From the NCBI RefSeq assembly GCF_009914755.1, contig NC_060927.1: a DNA stretch of 64,000 nt; one strand, given 5' to 3'. This DNA is from the human T2T-CHM13v2.0 reference genome, Homo sapiens. The notes beneath the pieces are model-generated. The model was not told where the DNA came from. It searched no databases and saw only the letters and a list, made by a program, of their open reading frames with translations. A program made the translations under genes and the position numbers. How positions within the stretch are numbered: position 1 is the stretch's first letter; every line of letters begins with the position of its first letter. This document shows, piece by piece, positions 15,837 to 29,229 of this stretch.

Positions 15837-16244
15837 TGTATTAGCTTGCCAGGGATGCTGTAACAGAGTGCCGCAGGCTCGGGGGGCTTAAACAACGGAA
15901 AGATATTGCCTCAGTGTTCTGGAGGCTACAAGTCTGAAATCAGGGTGTCAGCAGAGTTGGTTCCCACTTGAGGACTGTGAGGGAAGAATCTGTTTCAGAA
16001 CTCTTTCCCTGGTTTGTAGATGGCCATCTTCTCCCTGTGTCTTCACATCATCTTCACTCTGCATGCATGTGTCTGTGGCCAACTTTCCTCTTCTTAGAAG
16101 AAAGAACAGCAATCTTATTGGATTACAGCCCAGCATAAATACCTCATTTTAACTCAATTACCTATAACTAAATATAGTCACATTCTCACTAGGGGTTAGC
16201 ACTTCAACATATGAGTTGTGGGAGGACACAATTGAGCCCACAAC
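15837..16244 (-). mobile_element. MaLR solo LTR (MLT1B/C-like)
   Basis: TGTATTAGCTTGCCAGGGATGCTGTAACA...TTCTGGAGGCTACAAGTCTGAAATCAGGGTGTCAGCAG...GGACACAATT. Confidence 0.85.
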
Positions 16245-16474
16245 TTAAGAAGGACGAAATATTTCTAAGGGTGTGTTCTGAGCCCAGTAGGGTTTCCTTT
16301 AAAGCTTGGTGCTTTTAACAATCTCAATGCTGATAGTGTTTCTTCAGAGTGAATTAAGAACAAAATCCTCATTGCAAATGTTATTATGTACAGAGTAATA
16401 TAATTATGGAAGCAATGAAACATATAATTAGGTCAGGTTTTTTTGGCTTTGCAATCTTTTCTGGCAAAGTTTTC

Positions 16475-18871
16475 TTTTTTTTTTTTTTTAAATTAAATTT
16501 TAGGTTCAGGGTACATGTGAACCCTGTTCGGGTTTGTTACATAGGTGAACTCATGTCACAAGGGTTTGTTGTACAGATAATTTCATCACGTAGGTATGAA
16601 GCCCAGTACCCAATAGTTATCTTTCTGCTCCTCTCCCTCCTCCCACCCTCCACTCTCAAGTAGACCCCAGTATCTGCTGTTTCCTTCTTTGCGTTCATGA
16701 GTTCTCATCATTTAGCTCCCGCTTACAAGTGAGAACATGAGATATTTTGTTTTCTGTTCTTGTGTGTTATTTTGCTAAGTGTAATAACCTCAAGCTCCAT
16801 TAATGTTCCCACAAAAGACATGATTTCATTCTTTTTATGGCTGCAGAGTATTCCATGGTGTATATGTATCACATTTTCTTTATCTGTCATTGATGGGCAT
16901 TTAGGTTGATTCCATGTCTTTGCTATTGTGAATAGTGCTGGAATGAACATTTGCATGCATGTGTCTTTATGATAGAATGATTTATATTCTTCTGGGCATA
17001 TGCCCAGTAATGGGATTGCTGGGTCAAACAGTCGTTCTGCTTTTAGCTCTTTGAGGAATCACCATACTGCTTTCCACAATGGTTGAACTAATTTACACTC
17101 CCACCAACAGTATATAAGTGTTTCCTTTTTTCCACAACCTCAGCAGCATCTGTTATTTTTTGACTTTTTAATAGCAGCCATTCTGACTGGTGTGAGATGG
17201 TATCTCATTGTGGTTTTGATTTGCATTTCTCTAATAATTAGCCATATTCAGCTTTTTAATATACACTTGTTGGCCATATGTATGTCTTCTTTTGAACAGT
17301 GTCTGTTCATGTCCTCTGCCCACTTTTTAATGGGGTTGTTTGTTTCTTCTTGTAAATTTGAGTTGCTTATAGATGCTGGATATTAGACCTTTGTCAGATG
17401 CATAGTTTTCAAATATTTTCTCCCATTCTGTAGGTTGCCTGTTTACTCCATTGATAGCTTATTTTGCTGTACAGAAGCTTTTAAGTTAAATTAGACCCAA
17501 CTTGTCAATTTTTGCTTTTTTGAAATTGCTTTTGGTGTCTTTGTCATGAAATCTTTGCTCGTTCCTATGACCAAGATGGTATTGCTTAGATTGTCTTCCA
17601 GGGTTTTTATAGTTTGGTGTTTTACCTGTAAGTCTTTAATCTATCTTGAGTTGATTTTTCTATATGGTGTAAGAAAGGGGTCCTTTCTGCATATGGCTAG
17701 CCAGTTATCCCAGCACCATTTGTTCAATAGGGAAGTCTTTCCTTGTCGCTTGTTTTTTGTCAGCTTTGTTGAAGATCAGATAGTGTAAGTGTGTGGCCTT
17801 ATTTTTTGGCTCTTTATTCTGTTCCATTGGTCTATGTACCTGTTTTTGTACTAGTACCATGCTGTTTTGGTTACTGTAGCCCTGTAGTATAGTTTGAAGT
17901 TGGGTAACATGATGCCTCCAGCTTTTTTATTTTTGCTTAGGATTGCCTTGGGTATTCGGGCTCTTTTTTGTTCCATATGAATTTTAAAATAGTTTTTTCT
18001 GGTTCTGTAAAGAATGTCTTTGGTAGTTTGATAGGAATAGCACTGAATCTGTAAATTGCTTTGGTCAGTATGGCCATTTTAATAATATTGATTCTTCCCG
18101 TCCATGAGCATATCATGTTTTTCTATTTATTTGTATCTTTTCTGATTTATTTGAGCAGTGTTTTATAATTCTCATCATAGAAATCTTTCACCTCCCTGGT
18201 TAGCTGTATTCCTAGGTATTTTATTATTTTTGTGGCAATTGTGAATGGGATTGCATTTCTCTTTTGGCTCTCGGCTTGGCTGTTGTTTGTGTACAGGAAT
18301 GCTATCAATTTTTGTACATTGATTTTGCATCCTGAAACTTGAAGTTGTTTATCAGCTGAAGGATCTTTTGGGCTGAGGCTAACTTTTCAGAACCAGCCAG
18401 ATCTAACCATCCCCAACAATAATAGGGATTTAACAGAGCATGACAAAAAAAAAAAAAAAAAAAACCCCAAACGTGCCTTTAGGGTGTGGAAGAAGGTACA
18501 TTTAGAACAGAGGAAGACTCACTTCTCTCCTCAGAACTATGAATGGGAATGAAATCTTCAGATACTGTTTTATTTTTATTTTAGAAAACAAAGGGTTTTC
18601 TAGATATAGAATCATGTTGTCTACAAACAGAGATAGTTTGACTTCCTCTCTTCCTATTTGGATTACCTTTATTTCTTTCTCTTGCCTGATGGCTCTGGCT
18701 AGGACTTCCAATTACATTGAATAGGAGTGGTGAGAGAGGGCATCCTTGTCTTGTGCTGGTTTTCAAGGGGAATGTGTCCAGCTTTTGCCCATTCAGTATA
18801 ATGTTGTCTGTGAGTTGGTCATAGATGGCTCTTATTACTTTGAGGTATGTTCCTTCATTACCTAGTTTATT
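16475..18871 (-). mobile_element. 5'-truncated older L1PA (about PA8-13 age; L1-E) with an internal non-L1 insertion at 18382-18592
   Basis: polyT, 3'UTR and decayed ORF2 ([13 protein letters not shown]; [14 protein letters not shown]); no clear TSD found. Confidence 0.93.
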
Positions 18872-21201
18872 TAGTAGAAAACAGATAATTTGTATAGAAT
18901 CAAGTTTTGAAAGCAAATGGGGTTATCTGGTGATCCACTGGCTAATCAGAAGTCTAATTAGGTATGGCTCATCTTTCATTACACATTGTATTAATGAAAG
19001 TGTCAATTTGCTGTGGCTTGTTATTACCTATGAACAGTGGGTTCTTCCCAAGATTTCCAGATCGTTCCTGCAGGAAAGGCAACAACGGCTACACAGAGTG
19101 AGAGCACTTTCTACACATTTGGCTCAATTTCATAATCCCACAAAGGGAGTGGCAGTTGCGTTTCTGCTGTAACTTGTCTCTAATTGTCTCTGCAGCCACA
19201 AGCTGCATGCCATGCCAGCTCATCCATCCCTCTTTGGGCTTTTCAAGCTATCTCTCTCACTCAGTGGAGGTAACCATGGCCATAACACAATGTGGGGCAC
19301 TTCTCAAGCTGGCATTCAAGTCAAGTATTGAGTTCTAATTCAGACACACCCCTGTCGTCCCCTACAGTGCCTCTGTCAGTCCAGTTCTCTGCGTGACTCT
19401 TCCTTTTCCTCATGCATGGCTGGGGGCAAACAAAAAAATTATGCCTACTGCAATCATCTAAAATGAAATGTTTCAGCCTTCTGTACCTACATTTTATTAA
19501 TAAGTATTCATTCTTACTGGGCCTTGTCAAGAGCTCTTGCTGGGAGAACAATTAGTTTAGTATATAATCACTTTTGATGACTTCCTGGATTTCACACGAA
19601 TTCAATTTTAATGGAAAGCATAACCTTTTATATTGGGATGTATCAGAAAGCAAATAGTTTACCACCTGCCAACCATCTGATCTCACTTCATAATCTTTAT
19701 GTTAAAGGAGATCATTTTATAAGGTGGGAAAAGCATCCATGAAACATAAGATGTCTATCAGGTTCCCAGACTCATTTCCTCATTGAGCAAAGTGGTCTCT
19801 ACCCTATTAGCTCAGATTAGGTGGCCATATCTGCAGATCACAAAGGACAATGGGGGTAGGGTAGGCAGTTGGGGAGAAACAAAGAAAGAAACTACCATTT
19901 CCCAGCACCCAAGTAGTGTTAGATGCTAGATTGGATTCTTTGAATGCACATGTCGTCTCATTTAATCCTCCACATAAGTCTGTATAATAAGGGATACCAT
20001 TCCCTTTTACAGATAAGAAATCTGAATCCTAAAGAGGTTTAAGAACTTGGCCAAAATCACATATGTGTGTGGAATTGAGGCTGAGCCTATTTAGGGGGAA
20101 GAAAGTCTTGCGGTTTTTCTACTACACCCTTTTGATTTTAAGCCATTTTTACTGTTCCATGTGGATATTCCCCAAAGGTAGAAAAGTTTTCCTGGATGAA
20201 CTTTCAGTCAGAATATTTCCTAGCATCTGGGAAGAACCCCAGAGGACTATATCTAGAACACTAGTGTTAAACAACCTTACCTTCCCTCAATCCAATTTTT
20301 GTAACATATCATTAAACTGTCACTGTTGCTACAAACACCCATCTAGAAGCACCTCTAAAATGAATAAAAACAATGATTTGTAACAAGAGAAGTGTTCTGG
20401 CAAGTAAAAGGGCAGGTCATAGGTTTTCCTCTTCCCAAGACATAACCATAATAACAACACTAACAATACCTTATTAAAAAGTTAAAAGAACTACCTACAA
20501 CCAACATTATTATATAAACTTTAAAAATGGCAGCTGAGCCAAGGAATGAAGAAGATAATTCCAGTGCAGCTTAGCAGAATAAGTGCTGAGTGAAAGAAAG
20601 AAATCAACAGACGTGAGTACTATCACTAACAGTCCCCAAGTGAGCCCCCAACGAGTCAGCAATGTGGGGGAAGGCATAGAAATGCTCTCAACACATGTGC
20701 CTATCACCACGGCAACTCCAAGGAATGGGAGGAATTCCTAGCACTTCACACTCTCCACTTGGGCATCCCCAGGCTGAGAGAAGAAAGAAGGAAGTCAAAG
20801 TGGCCAGAACCACCCAGATCTAACCATCCCCAATAATAATAGGGATTTAACAGAGCATGAAAAAAAACCCCAAAATCATGTTTCAGGGTGTGGAAGTGGG
20901 TACACTGAGAACAGAGGAAAACTCACTTCTCCCCTCAGAACTGTGAATGAGAAATGAAGTCTTCTGATACTGTTTTATTTTTATTCTTCTACTGGTAGGA
21001 TTAGAAATGGCTATGAGGGAAAGACAGGTGAGTAGAAATGGCAATGTGAAACAACCAGGATGATGTAAGTAAGGGCCACACTGACTTGGAGGACTTATCT
21101 AAAGTAAGATGATATCTCTGCCCTGTCTCCCCACCACAAGAATAGAAAACAGCTCCAGCCAAGGGCAACGAGTCCTGATTTGTTGTTAAATACCAAGTTT
21201 G

Positions 21202-21239
21202 TTTGTCAAATGTCTTGTTTTGACAAGACATTTGACAAA
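21202..21239. repeat. Perfect inverted repeat, 17-bp arms with 4-nt spacer
   Basis: TTTGTCAAATGTCTTGT-TTTG-ACAAGACATTTGACAAA; the arms are exact reverse complements. Confidence 0.95.
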
Positions 21240-21479
21240 GTCTCAGAAGAAAGAGAAGTTCCAGGTCCTTCTAAGGTCACATATTGCCCCAGAAGAACTC
21301 CCCAAAATCTCTCCCACTGCTATTTTTTTAAATAATTAGAACTCAATATGCACACCTCGAAGCAGCTCAGAAAAGGTAGACAAAGAAGTCACTGATAGAG
21401 TAAGAAAAGAGTCAAGGAGAATCAGTCCACATTATTAGAACAAATGGAAACTCTGCGTAGAGTTGCATGGAAGATGAAG

Positions 21480-22350
21480 AGTAAGAGTGTGGCATTAAGA
21501 GAATATACTACAGCCAAATGAGAAAGCAAGACAGAAGATAGAGGGAAATGCCAAAAATTGTTTAAAAAACAAAACTAACTTGGAAGAAAATTCTCCAACA
21601 GTACTGCATGCAATCATCTTTCTATAGGTTTCTACAGAAAATGAAATCAGTAAAATAAGACCACAAACAAAAGATTTTTTTAAATTGGATGAGAGGAAAA
21701 TTGAGATTGCAAAGATAAGGAAACAAGCTAAGGACCAAAACAACCCATCATGGAACAAGGAGTATAATAGACACAGCTGAAAACAATTACAAATATAAGG
21801 AAGACTTAATCACAGTGAACACAGAGTGAAAAAAAGATAAACAGCCCAGAATAATAAGAAAAAAAGATAATAGGTGCAAAGAACAGAAGAAAAAACTGGC
21901 CCAACATAAGGCATATTATTATTCCAGAAATAGAAAATGCAATAAATAGGACAGAAAAAGTATTAAAAGTTATAGTAGAAGAGATTCTCCTTGAAATAAA
22001 AAAAATTACATACTGAAAGGACACAAAATGTTCCAGGAGAAATTAATAATTGTGAGAGAATTATTGAAATAATAAGTTATTGAACTCTGAGGCTAAAAAA
22101 AATTTATTCAGGTATTTAGTAGAGAAAAAAGCAAGTCATGAGAATGAAAAATAGACGCTGACTTCACAATCTTCACAGCAAAATTTAATGACAGAAGTCA
22201 ATGACCAATGTCTACAAAGTTATGAGTCCAAGAAACCCTGACCCAAGACTACCTTGAAACAAGGTGTTCTGCAAGTGTAGAGGAAAAAAGAAGTTATTTT
22301 GACCATGAAACAGTTAAAGAATTATAACATCTGAGGGCCTTTATTGAAAT
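21480..22350 (+). mobile_element. Ancient L1/HAL1 ORF1-like remnant
   Basis: A-rich; CCAACATAAGGCAT...TTCCAGAAATAGAAAA and GACTTCACA...CAGAAGTCAATGACCAATGTCTACAAAGTT resemble decayed ORF1 sequence. Confidence 0.6.
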
Positions 22351-22399
22351 AAACTGCCTCGATTTTTTGGAATCTCTTAGAATGAGCCTATGAAATATT

Positions 22400-23750
22400 T
22401 TTATGAAATAGTAACATCATTGATAACACCAATAATAAACTGTTAAGTTCAGAAACACAATTTATCAACCTAGATTTTAGTTTCTCAGAATGACTTCCAA
22501 GAAATGTGTTTTGAAGGTCGTCATAGTCTTCCATTATGTCAGCATCTGAATTAGTGATTTAGCTCAAACGCCCTTCGGTTCCCCTAATAATTTGAAGGAA
22601 GACTTTGCCAGTGAATGCATCTATTTCCTTGCAGAGAAATAGTATTTCAGCTCTACTACCTCTTGTTACAAATCTCATATGTTTACTCCCTGCTGCATGA
22701 AATCGTGCCTTTTTTTTAGTGATCCTGGAATTGGCTCTTCCGACTTCTTAGGAAATTTTGGTGAACGAATTCATATTAAGATTTTCCATATCGTTTGAGA
22801 TTTTACAACCTCCACTCTTATCCTGTCTCAGACTTACAAAGGATGCTTCATGAGTTTTCTCACTCCTTGTCCTGAGACCCCAGTTCCCCCTTATTCATTT
22901 TAATTTTCCTTCTCTGAGTATGTTTTTTGCAATACCTTATATCGTTGAACACATTTAGCTGTTAAATAAAGGAAAACCTCCCACAGGGCCCATTAGTATT
23001 TCATTGGTGGCTCCAGAGTGGGAAATGAGAAAAAACAAAAATAAAACATTACCAACCATGAGCTGTCAAATGATATCTGAACTTCATAATCACCTTCCAT
23101 TAGTGAAGAAAATACGGACAATGTGACCACCACTGAAATGGGAGTAAAGAAAAGCACCAACAGCAGCAAGTCACTGTACCCCAAATCCGGTGGGTAGAAG
23201 CTTGCAATAGAGTCTGATAACTGGGTTGGAACTCCTTGGGTATGGGGGGATGAGTGGAGAGAAATGAATAAGTGAATGGATGAAGCACTGGGGTTATTAA
23301 AGGATTAGCAAAGCCAATGCCCAATCAGAGCAACCTTAAAAAGTAAAAAAGGAGGATTTATAATCTGATCATGAGATGGTTCCAAATTTGACCGCTCAGT
23401 GAAACAGGATAAGGTATGACGCCATCATCAATATATATGACTCTAACTCTTAATATGCTGTGGATCCTCCCAACTCCGATATTTTCTTCTGAGTCTTTGA
23501 TTCTGTAACCCTCCCTGTTCCTCGAAAACGGGGTGTCTGAGAAAATGTTCTGCCAGGAGCTTCAGCTGTCTCCCTTAGCCATGTTCATCATTCAGCCAGT
23601 TGCTAGCAGTCATCATCATTTAAAAGACCTCAAGCTGCTCTCTGCTGGGCATTGGTTCCCACCAAGAAGCAGGAGGATGAGAGCTGTATCTGAGAGAGTG
23701 GACTATTTTTGTTGTCAGTCTTTCTGAAGTCTGACACAATGTTCCTTACA
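22400..23750 (-). mobile_element. Putative very ancient non-LTR LINE RT remnant (RTE-like; family unassigned)
   Basis: Manual minus-strand translation gives collinear degenerate motifs: RQLKLLAEHFLRHPVFEEQGGL (23506-23571), GFANPLI, SLMEGDYEVQISFD, FPLFNS*M (22952-22975), LKRYG / LNMNSFTK (22757-22799), QEVVELKY (22642-22665); no intact YADD seen. Confidence 0.45.
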
Positions 23751-24579
23751 GTCACTCTTCTTCTGGACCTGAACTTTCTGAACTTCATAAGGCAGTCAAT
23801 CTTCCAAAATTATCGTTACCTGTTTCCTATGCTGCTCTGAGCAAGAAGAGTTGACTTTGTTCTTTGCATGTACCTCTAGCATCTCAGCTTCGCCTGTTGA
23901 CCCTGTCTCCTATTATTATTTGATTCTAGAAGCTTCATTATGACTTTTCCTAATTGATATAACCAGGCAGGTTACAAATGGAGGCCTGTAGCCCTCTACT
24001 GTCTTCTTTGGCATCTTATGAATGTCACCATTTTCACAGACTTTTTCTTCCTAAGTTCATTTCCTACTGAGTCTGCCAACACTGATGAACCAAAGGAGGT
24101 ATAAAAAGTGTTTTCATATGATGTTTACTAAGTTTTCTAAGTGACAGCAGCAAGTTGCATACTGCATTTGGAACCAAAAGACATAGATCCTAGTACTGTT
24201 TGCCACTGCTAAGTAGTTGTATCACCTTAGGTATACAGGTAGAGCCTGAGTATAACCAAATAGTCTTCAGCTTTCATATCTGTTGAATGCAGACAAGAGT
24301 ACTGAAGCCATGCTCTCATGGGACAGTGAAGAAGTAAAGCAAGACAATGAATGCAGAGTGCTTCAGTATCCGAAAATTCCTCTGGAAATAAAACATTTAT
24401 GTTGTGGTAGCAGACTGAAGAACAACTTGTTAGTAACTCTATTCTCCCCCTTTCTGCCTTTAGACTCTTTTATATTAAAGAAAGGAAGTTGGGAGGGAAA
24501 TAGGTAGAGGGCAAGGCCTTGTGACTTTACTTTGAGTAACAAGAATTTTATTCATTTAACGTTAATTGAGCACCTATTG

Positions 24580-24948
24580 TGTCTTAATCTGTTTGGGCTG
24601 CTATAACAAACTACCACAGACTGGGTGGCTTATAAACAGCAGAAATTTATTTCTCATAGTTACGGAGGCTGGAATGCCATAAATCAAAGCATCAGCAGAT
24701 TTGGTGTCTGGAGACAGAACCCATTTCCTAGTTCATAGATGGCTGTCTTCTTGCTATGTCCTTACATGGTAGAAGAGGTGAGGAAGATCTCTGGGGTCTC
24801 TCCTATAAGGGCACTAATTTCATTCATAAGGGCCCTTCCTTCATGACCTCATCATCTCTCAAAGGCCCAACCACCAAATATCATCAAATTAGGGGTTAGG
24901 GTTTCAACAAATAAATTTTGGTGGGACATAAACATTTAGTCTATAGTA
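24580..24948 (-). mobile_element. MaLR solo LTR (MLT1A/MST-type) with 5-bp TSD
   Basis: TGTCTTAATCTGTTTGGGCTGCTATAACAAACTACCACAGACTGGGTGGCTTATAAAC...; TATTG on both flanks. Confidence 0.88.
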
Positions 24949-26336
24949 TATTGTGTATGTATTTCTATGTGCAGTAGATTCATATCTGATTTTTACTTTG
25001 ATCCTCTCAAAAAATGGAATATTTAATGAGAGATGCAGATGAGAAAACAGTTAAGTATAACAGAGTATGATAAGCATCATGATCAAAATATGAATAGGAT
25101 ATTACTGGAAGCACAGACCTAACCTGAAAGGTAGACTGAAAGAAGGCTTCTTAGAGGGGTTAACCCTGAGGCAAGTCTTCTTTACCAGCAACAACCCCAG
25201 TGTACATCTACTTTCCCAGTGTAATTATTAATACAGCCCCCTATGACTATCAAGAATGTCATGGTTTGAATGGTAATATGGTCTTGGGTATATACTTTTC
25301 CTTGTCCTCTACAGAGAGAAGATGGGGTAGTGTGATAATTCTAGAACTCTTTTGATAGTTATGGATTTTATTTATGAAATGAAATAAAGTTCTATTGACT
25401 ACCTATTCTGTTGATCCTATAAAAAGTACCTACAATAGGACCAGATAATACATGCATCCTCCACTCTTTCATTCCCACAGCAGGCATCATTAATTGATTG
25501 TGGCAGTCCCTTACTGAGCCAACTCGAACACAACCTCACCATTTTTCTCAACATACTGCTCTAGGCAGCCACTACCAATTGTATCAAGGTGAAATCTCTT
25601 TGTCCTCCCAACCTTACAGTGTAAATAAAGCATGGCTCCTTCTCACCTAGCTGGGAAGATCAAGTTGCAATACATATAATTCTAAAGTAAATCTGCCTGT
25701 GATAAGTAGTGCAAACAATAGATATGATAGGAGTTCTTATTAGAAAATTTTCATTTTCCAAGCCTCCCATAGAATAATAGCTTTATTTCCCTTAAGAAAA
25801 ACACAAGAACTTGCCAATTGGATACATTGTCTAGTGTTTCATAGTATCTTTTTTTAGAATTTGAGATTGAAAAATGTCACCTTAGTGATGACAGAATAAT
25901 TGAGTTTAAAGATTTGACTAGTCAATAAGAATATTCGGAAGACATGTGCAAAGAGCACTGAAGATTTGCAAAAAGACACAAAAGAAGTAAAATAAAAAGA
26001 AAAATGACAATAAGCTCATGCATTTTTACCTTCAACCTTCTGGTCCCCCATTAGCTGACAGACACGCAACATCTGAGCTGACTGAAGGCTGATGTCAGCC
26101 TCTCATTCCTGGCTTTGACCAGGTGTCGTCTTGCAGTACACAAAAAAGTGTGAGTCTACACAGCAGCCCTGCAAAGGAATCTATAGCACAGTTGCAGAAT
26201 GAAAAGAAGAATGTAATTGACCCTCTTTTATAAAAGGATTATAAGTTTATCTACAAAATTATTTTACCCCTGACCTGTCATATCTGCGTTGCTCATTTAG
26301 ATTGCATCTAATGTAGCAACATGGGATAGTTTACTG

Positions 26337-26935
26337 TGTTGGGGCTCAGAATATGATACAAAAAATATGGCACCTTGACATACTGAGAAAGTCTCTCTGA
26401 CCTTCTCCTGCCCTCCTGTCTCCCACCCCTCTTTCTTCCCCAAAATGAGCCATAGAAACCAGAATTCCTCTTCCACAAGATGGGTAATAGAAATTAGAAG
26501 ACCTCTTCCCCAAAGCAACCCATACATAAAACCTAGAAGGGTCACTCTCTACCTTCTGCCTTGAAGAACCTTATTCCAGAGAGATCCTGCCTCATGGCGG
26601 GGAGGCTGGGGGAGGGGGGAAAATGCTACAGAGAAAGGCCAAGAAGAATCTGAAGAGACAGGTCTTGCTGTGTTTCCCTCTTCAGTCTGTTACCATTAGA
26701 TCATGTCCCTTTGTCCAATCACATGTTTCCATGGCTCCCCATTCTTCACTGAACCTGAGCATAAACATAGACAGTCTTCCCTGGGTCTTTGAGTGTTCAT
26801 TGCTGAAAGGTCCCATGTCATATAAAACTTAGAGTAAATAAATTTGTTATGCTCTTCTTTTATTAACATGCCTTTTGTTATAGGAGTGTTGGCCATGATG
26901 GATGAGGGAAAGTATCACACCTTTCTCCCCCTACA
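26337..26935 (+). mobile_element. ERV1-type solo LTR (MER39/MER34-group-like)
   Basis: TGTTGGGGCTCAGAATATGATAC...TATGGCAC start; GTAAATAAATTTGTTATGC; ends CCCCTACA. Confidence 0.7.
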
Positions 26936-27074
26936 GCGGTCAAGAAGCACACATCAAGGCTTTGAGACTCTCTTTCAGACTTGTGGCTTATACAAAATAG
27001 CTCTCTCAAGTGTGAAGTGATAAGTATGGAAAAGGTGTCAGCATTTGTTAATTGCCTTACCCAAGTATTCTACC

Positions 27075-27076
<2 letters not shown>

Positions 27077-27125
<49 letters not shown>
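27077..27125. repeat. (AC)n microsatellite, about 24 units
   Basis: Seen directly; source of the HTHTHT pseudo-ORFs. Confidence 0.98.
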
Positions 27126-27126
<1 letters not shown>

Positions 27127-29229
27127 CAGCTGCCTCTGGGGGACCTTCTGGGAATTATGTGTCCACAAATTTTCAAACAGAACTGCCAGAGCCTCTATCC
27201 TTTCCTTGGAAAGTTCAGCACCCACACTGCTCCTCTCCTCAGTGTCCCTTGCAAATGTTTCTGAGGGTTGTTACAGAGTTTAACCTGTCCCATGGTAATC
27301 TCATTTTATGATCAAGTTTCCAGCTTCTACTGAGTCCTCAATCTCCACTTTGCCGCTTCCCCTGTAACTGGAGTTCTTCCTGCACATCATTAGCCCTTTG
27401 GGAATTCACTCTTATTCTTCCCACAAAGCACCATAAACACAGTGTCTGTGTAACCAAACATTACTTGGGGTTCAAAGCAACAGGATGGGGACCACAATAA
27501 TTTAAGAAACCCTCTTAATGTTGGAAAGTAAATCTTGTTTTTGCTCTGAAGTGCATTCTTCTCTCTCACAGTCTCTTGTTGGCTGTGTTCCCTGGTTAGG
27601 CACTGGCTCCCTGCCAGCTTAGGGGCCTCTAGTTAGTTCTCTGTAGCATCCTCTCACCTGTCTCTCTTCTTCTAGCTCCCTTGCCTCTCACATACCCAAT
27701 CACTTCCTAGGCAGTCCTTAGAAATTCAGAATGTCCTTCAATGTATCAGGTTTATTATGCAGAAGAACCCTGCTGTTTCCTATCTACCATCCTCACTTTT
27801 GAGATGGTGCCCTGGGAGAAAGGGAGCTCAATTTTTACCCTCAAAGAGAGCATCAAGATAGAGTCCTAATTCTCCACCTCCTTTGATGTAAAATAAAATC
27901 CTCCTTAGCCTGCAAAAGTGGCTACATTCAATTTTCTGCATTTTAAAATGGTAATTTTTCTTCCTGTTGTGCTAAAAGAAAAACAGAGAGAAATTTGTTT
28001 CACTATTCATATAACATACTTCCATTCTCTACACATTGTGATTCAGGGAATTATCAGAAAGAGAAGCATTAAAAAAATTCTACAGTTTAATGGAGCAGTA
28101 CTACACATACCTGAAAATAGCTGCATGTTTCTTATGCTGCAAATATGCATTTCTGAGTAGGAATTTTTTTAACCTCTTTATCAATGTTACTGTTTTTTTC
28201 TGTTCTCTTGCAATTTAAAAAAAAACTGAGTCTCAATTATACCAGTATCTAAAGAAAACAGAGTATGAAAAATTGGCACACAGAGCTGTAATTTGGAACC
28301 GGGTGTTGTCCTTAGATTGCTGTAGGTGTGTTGGGGGAGGTGTGTTTGGCTTTGCATCATGATCTGAAGCTAGAGCAAGAAAAGGATAAAATTAGGACAT
28401 GTTTCTTCCTCTGTAAAATGGAGGATTTCCAGATTCCACCACCTAATCTGTATCCCACCCCTTTCCTGTTTCACCATCAGCCCCGTCTTCATCCTTACTC
28501 CCCAAGCCCAGCAAAACAGAATAAGCCCTGTGTAGAATTTCCAGAAACATTGCAGCCTACTTCTGGGGAATAGTCTTAACAAGTCTAACTGAGAGAGGCC
28601 TAACAATACAGGTGAAAATAGACAGGGTTCTAGTTGACTTGAACTGTAGTGTCAGGTCACTGGGAATAGGGACAATATTTTGAAGACTTTTTGAAACTCA
28701 GGATTTCTGACTTGTGGTGTGTCACTATGGGAACAATGAAGAATAGAATCGACTCGGGGCTCAAGGACTGTTTTTTTCCTGTCTTCTCTACTCATTAGAC
28801 AAGTAATAGATCTTAGCTAGCCTGTACCCACTTGCTACTTGCCAAGTTCTGTGCTGTTTTGCTTGTATTATATCATTCATCCTTTATAATGAACCCATGA
28901 GATAGCTACTGTTAGGTACTATTATTATCTCTATTAGCTTGAAGACAATTGCATACATATCCAAGTGACTTTGAAACACTCTAAACCTAAATAGTAGTTT
29001 TGGATGGAGGGAGTTGTCCAGGGAAAATTCACCAAGGGAAGCCTGAAGTGGGAAGGAAGACATGGAGAAGAATTATCATTTAGTGAGTACCTACTTCATC
29101 TCAGGCAACTGTTAAATGTTTTCTCCCTTTATTCTACAAGATCCCAAATGGTTATTATTATCAACATTTTATAGGTGGAGAAACTGCCGAGGTCTTAACC
29201 ATGTTGGCTGTGAAAACTAGTTTGTATGT

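Noticed and set aside
23417-23437. Minus-strand IYIDDGV resembling an RT catalytic YxDD motif (DIRS-like)
   Set aside because: It is out of order relative to the collinear non-LTR motifs, where the catalytic motif is expected near 22880, so it is likely chance.
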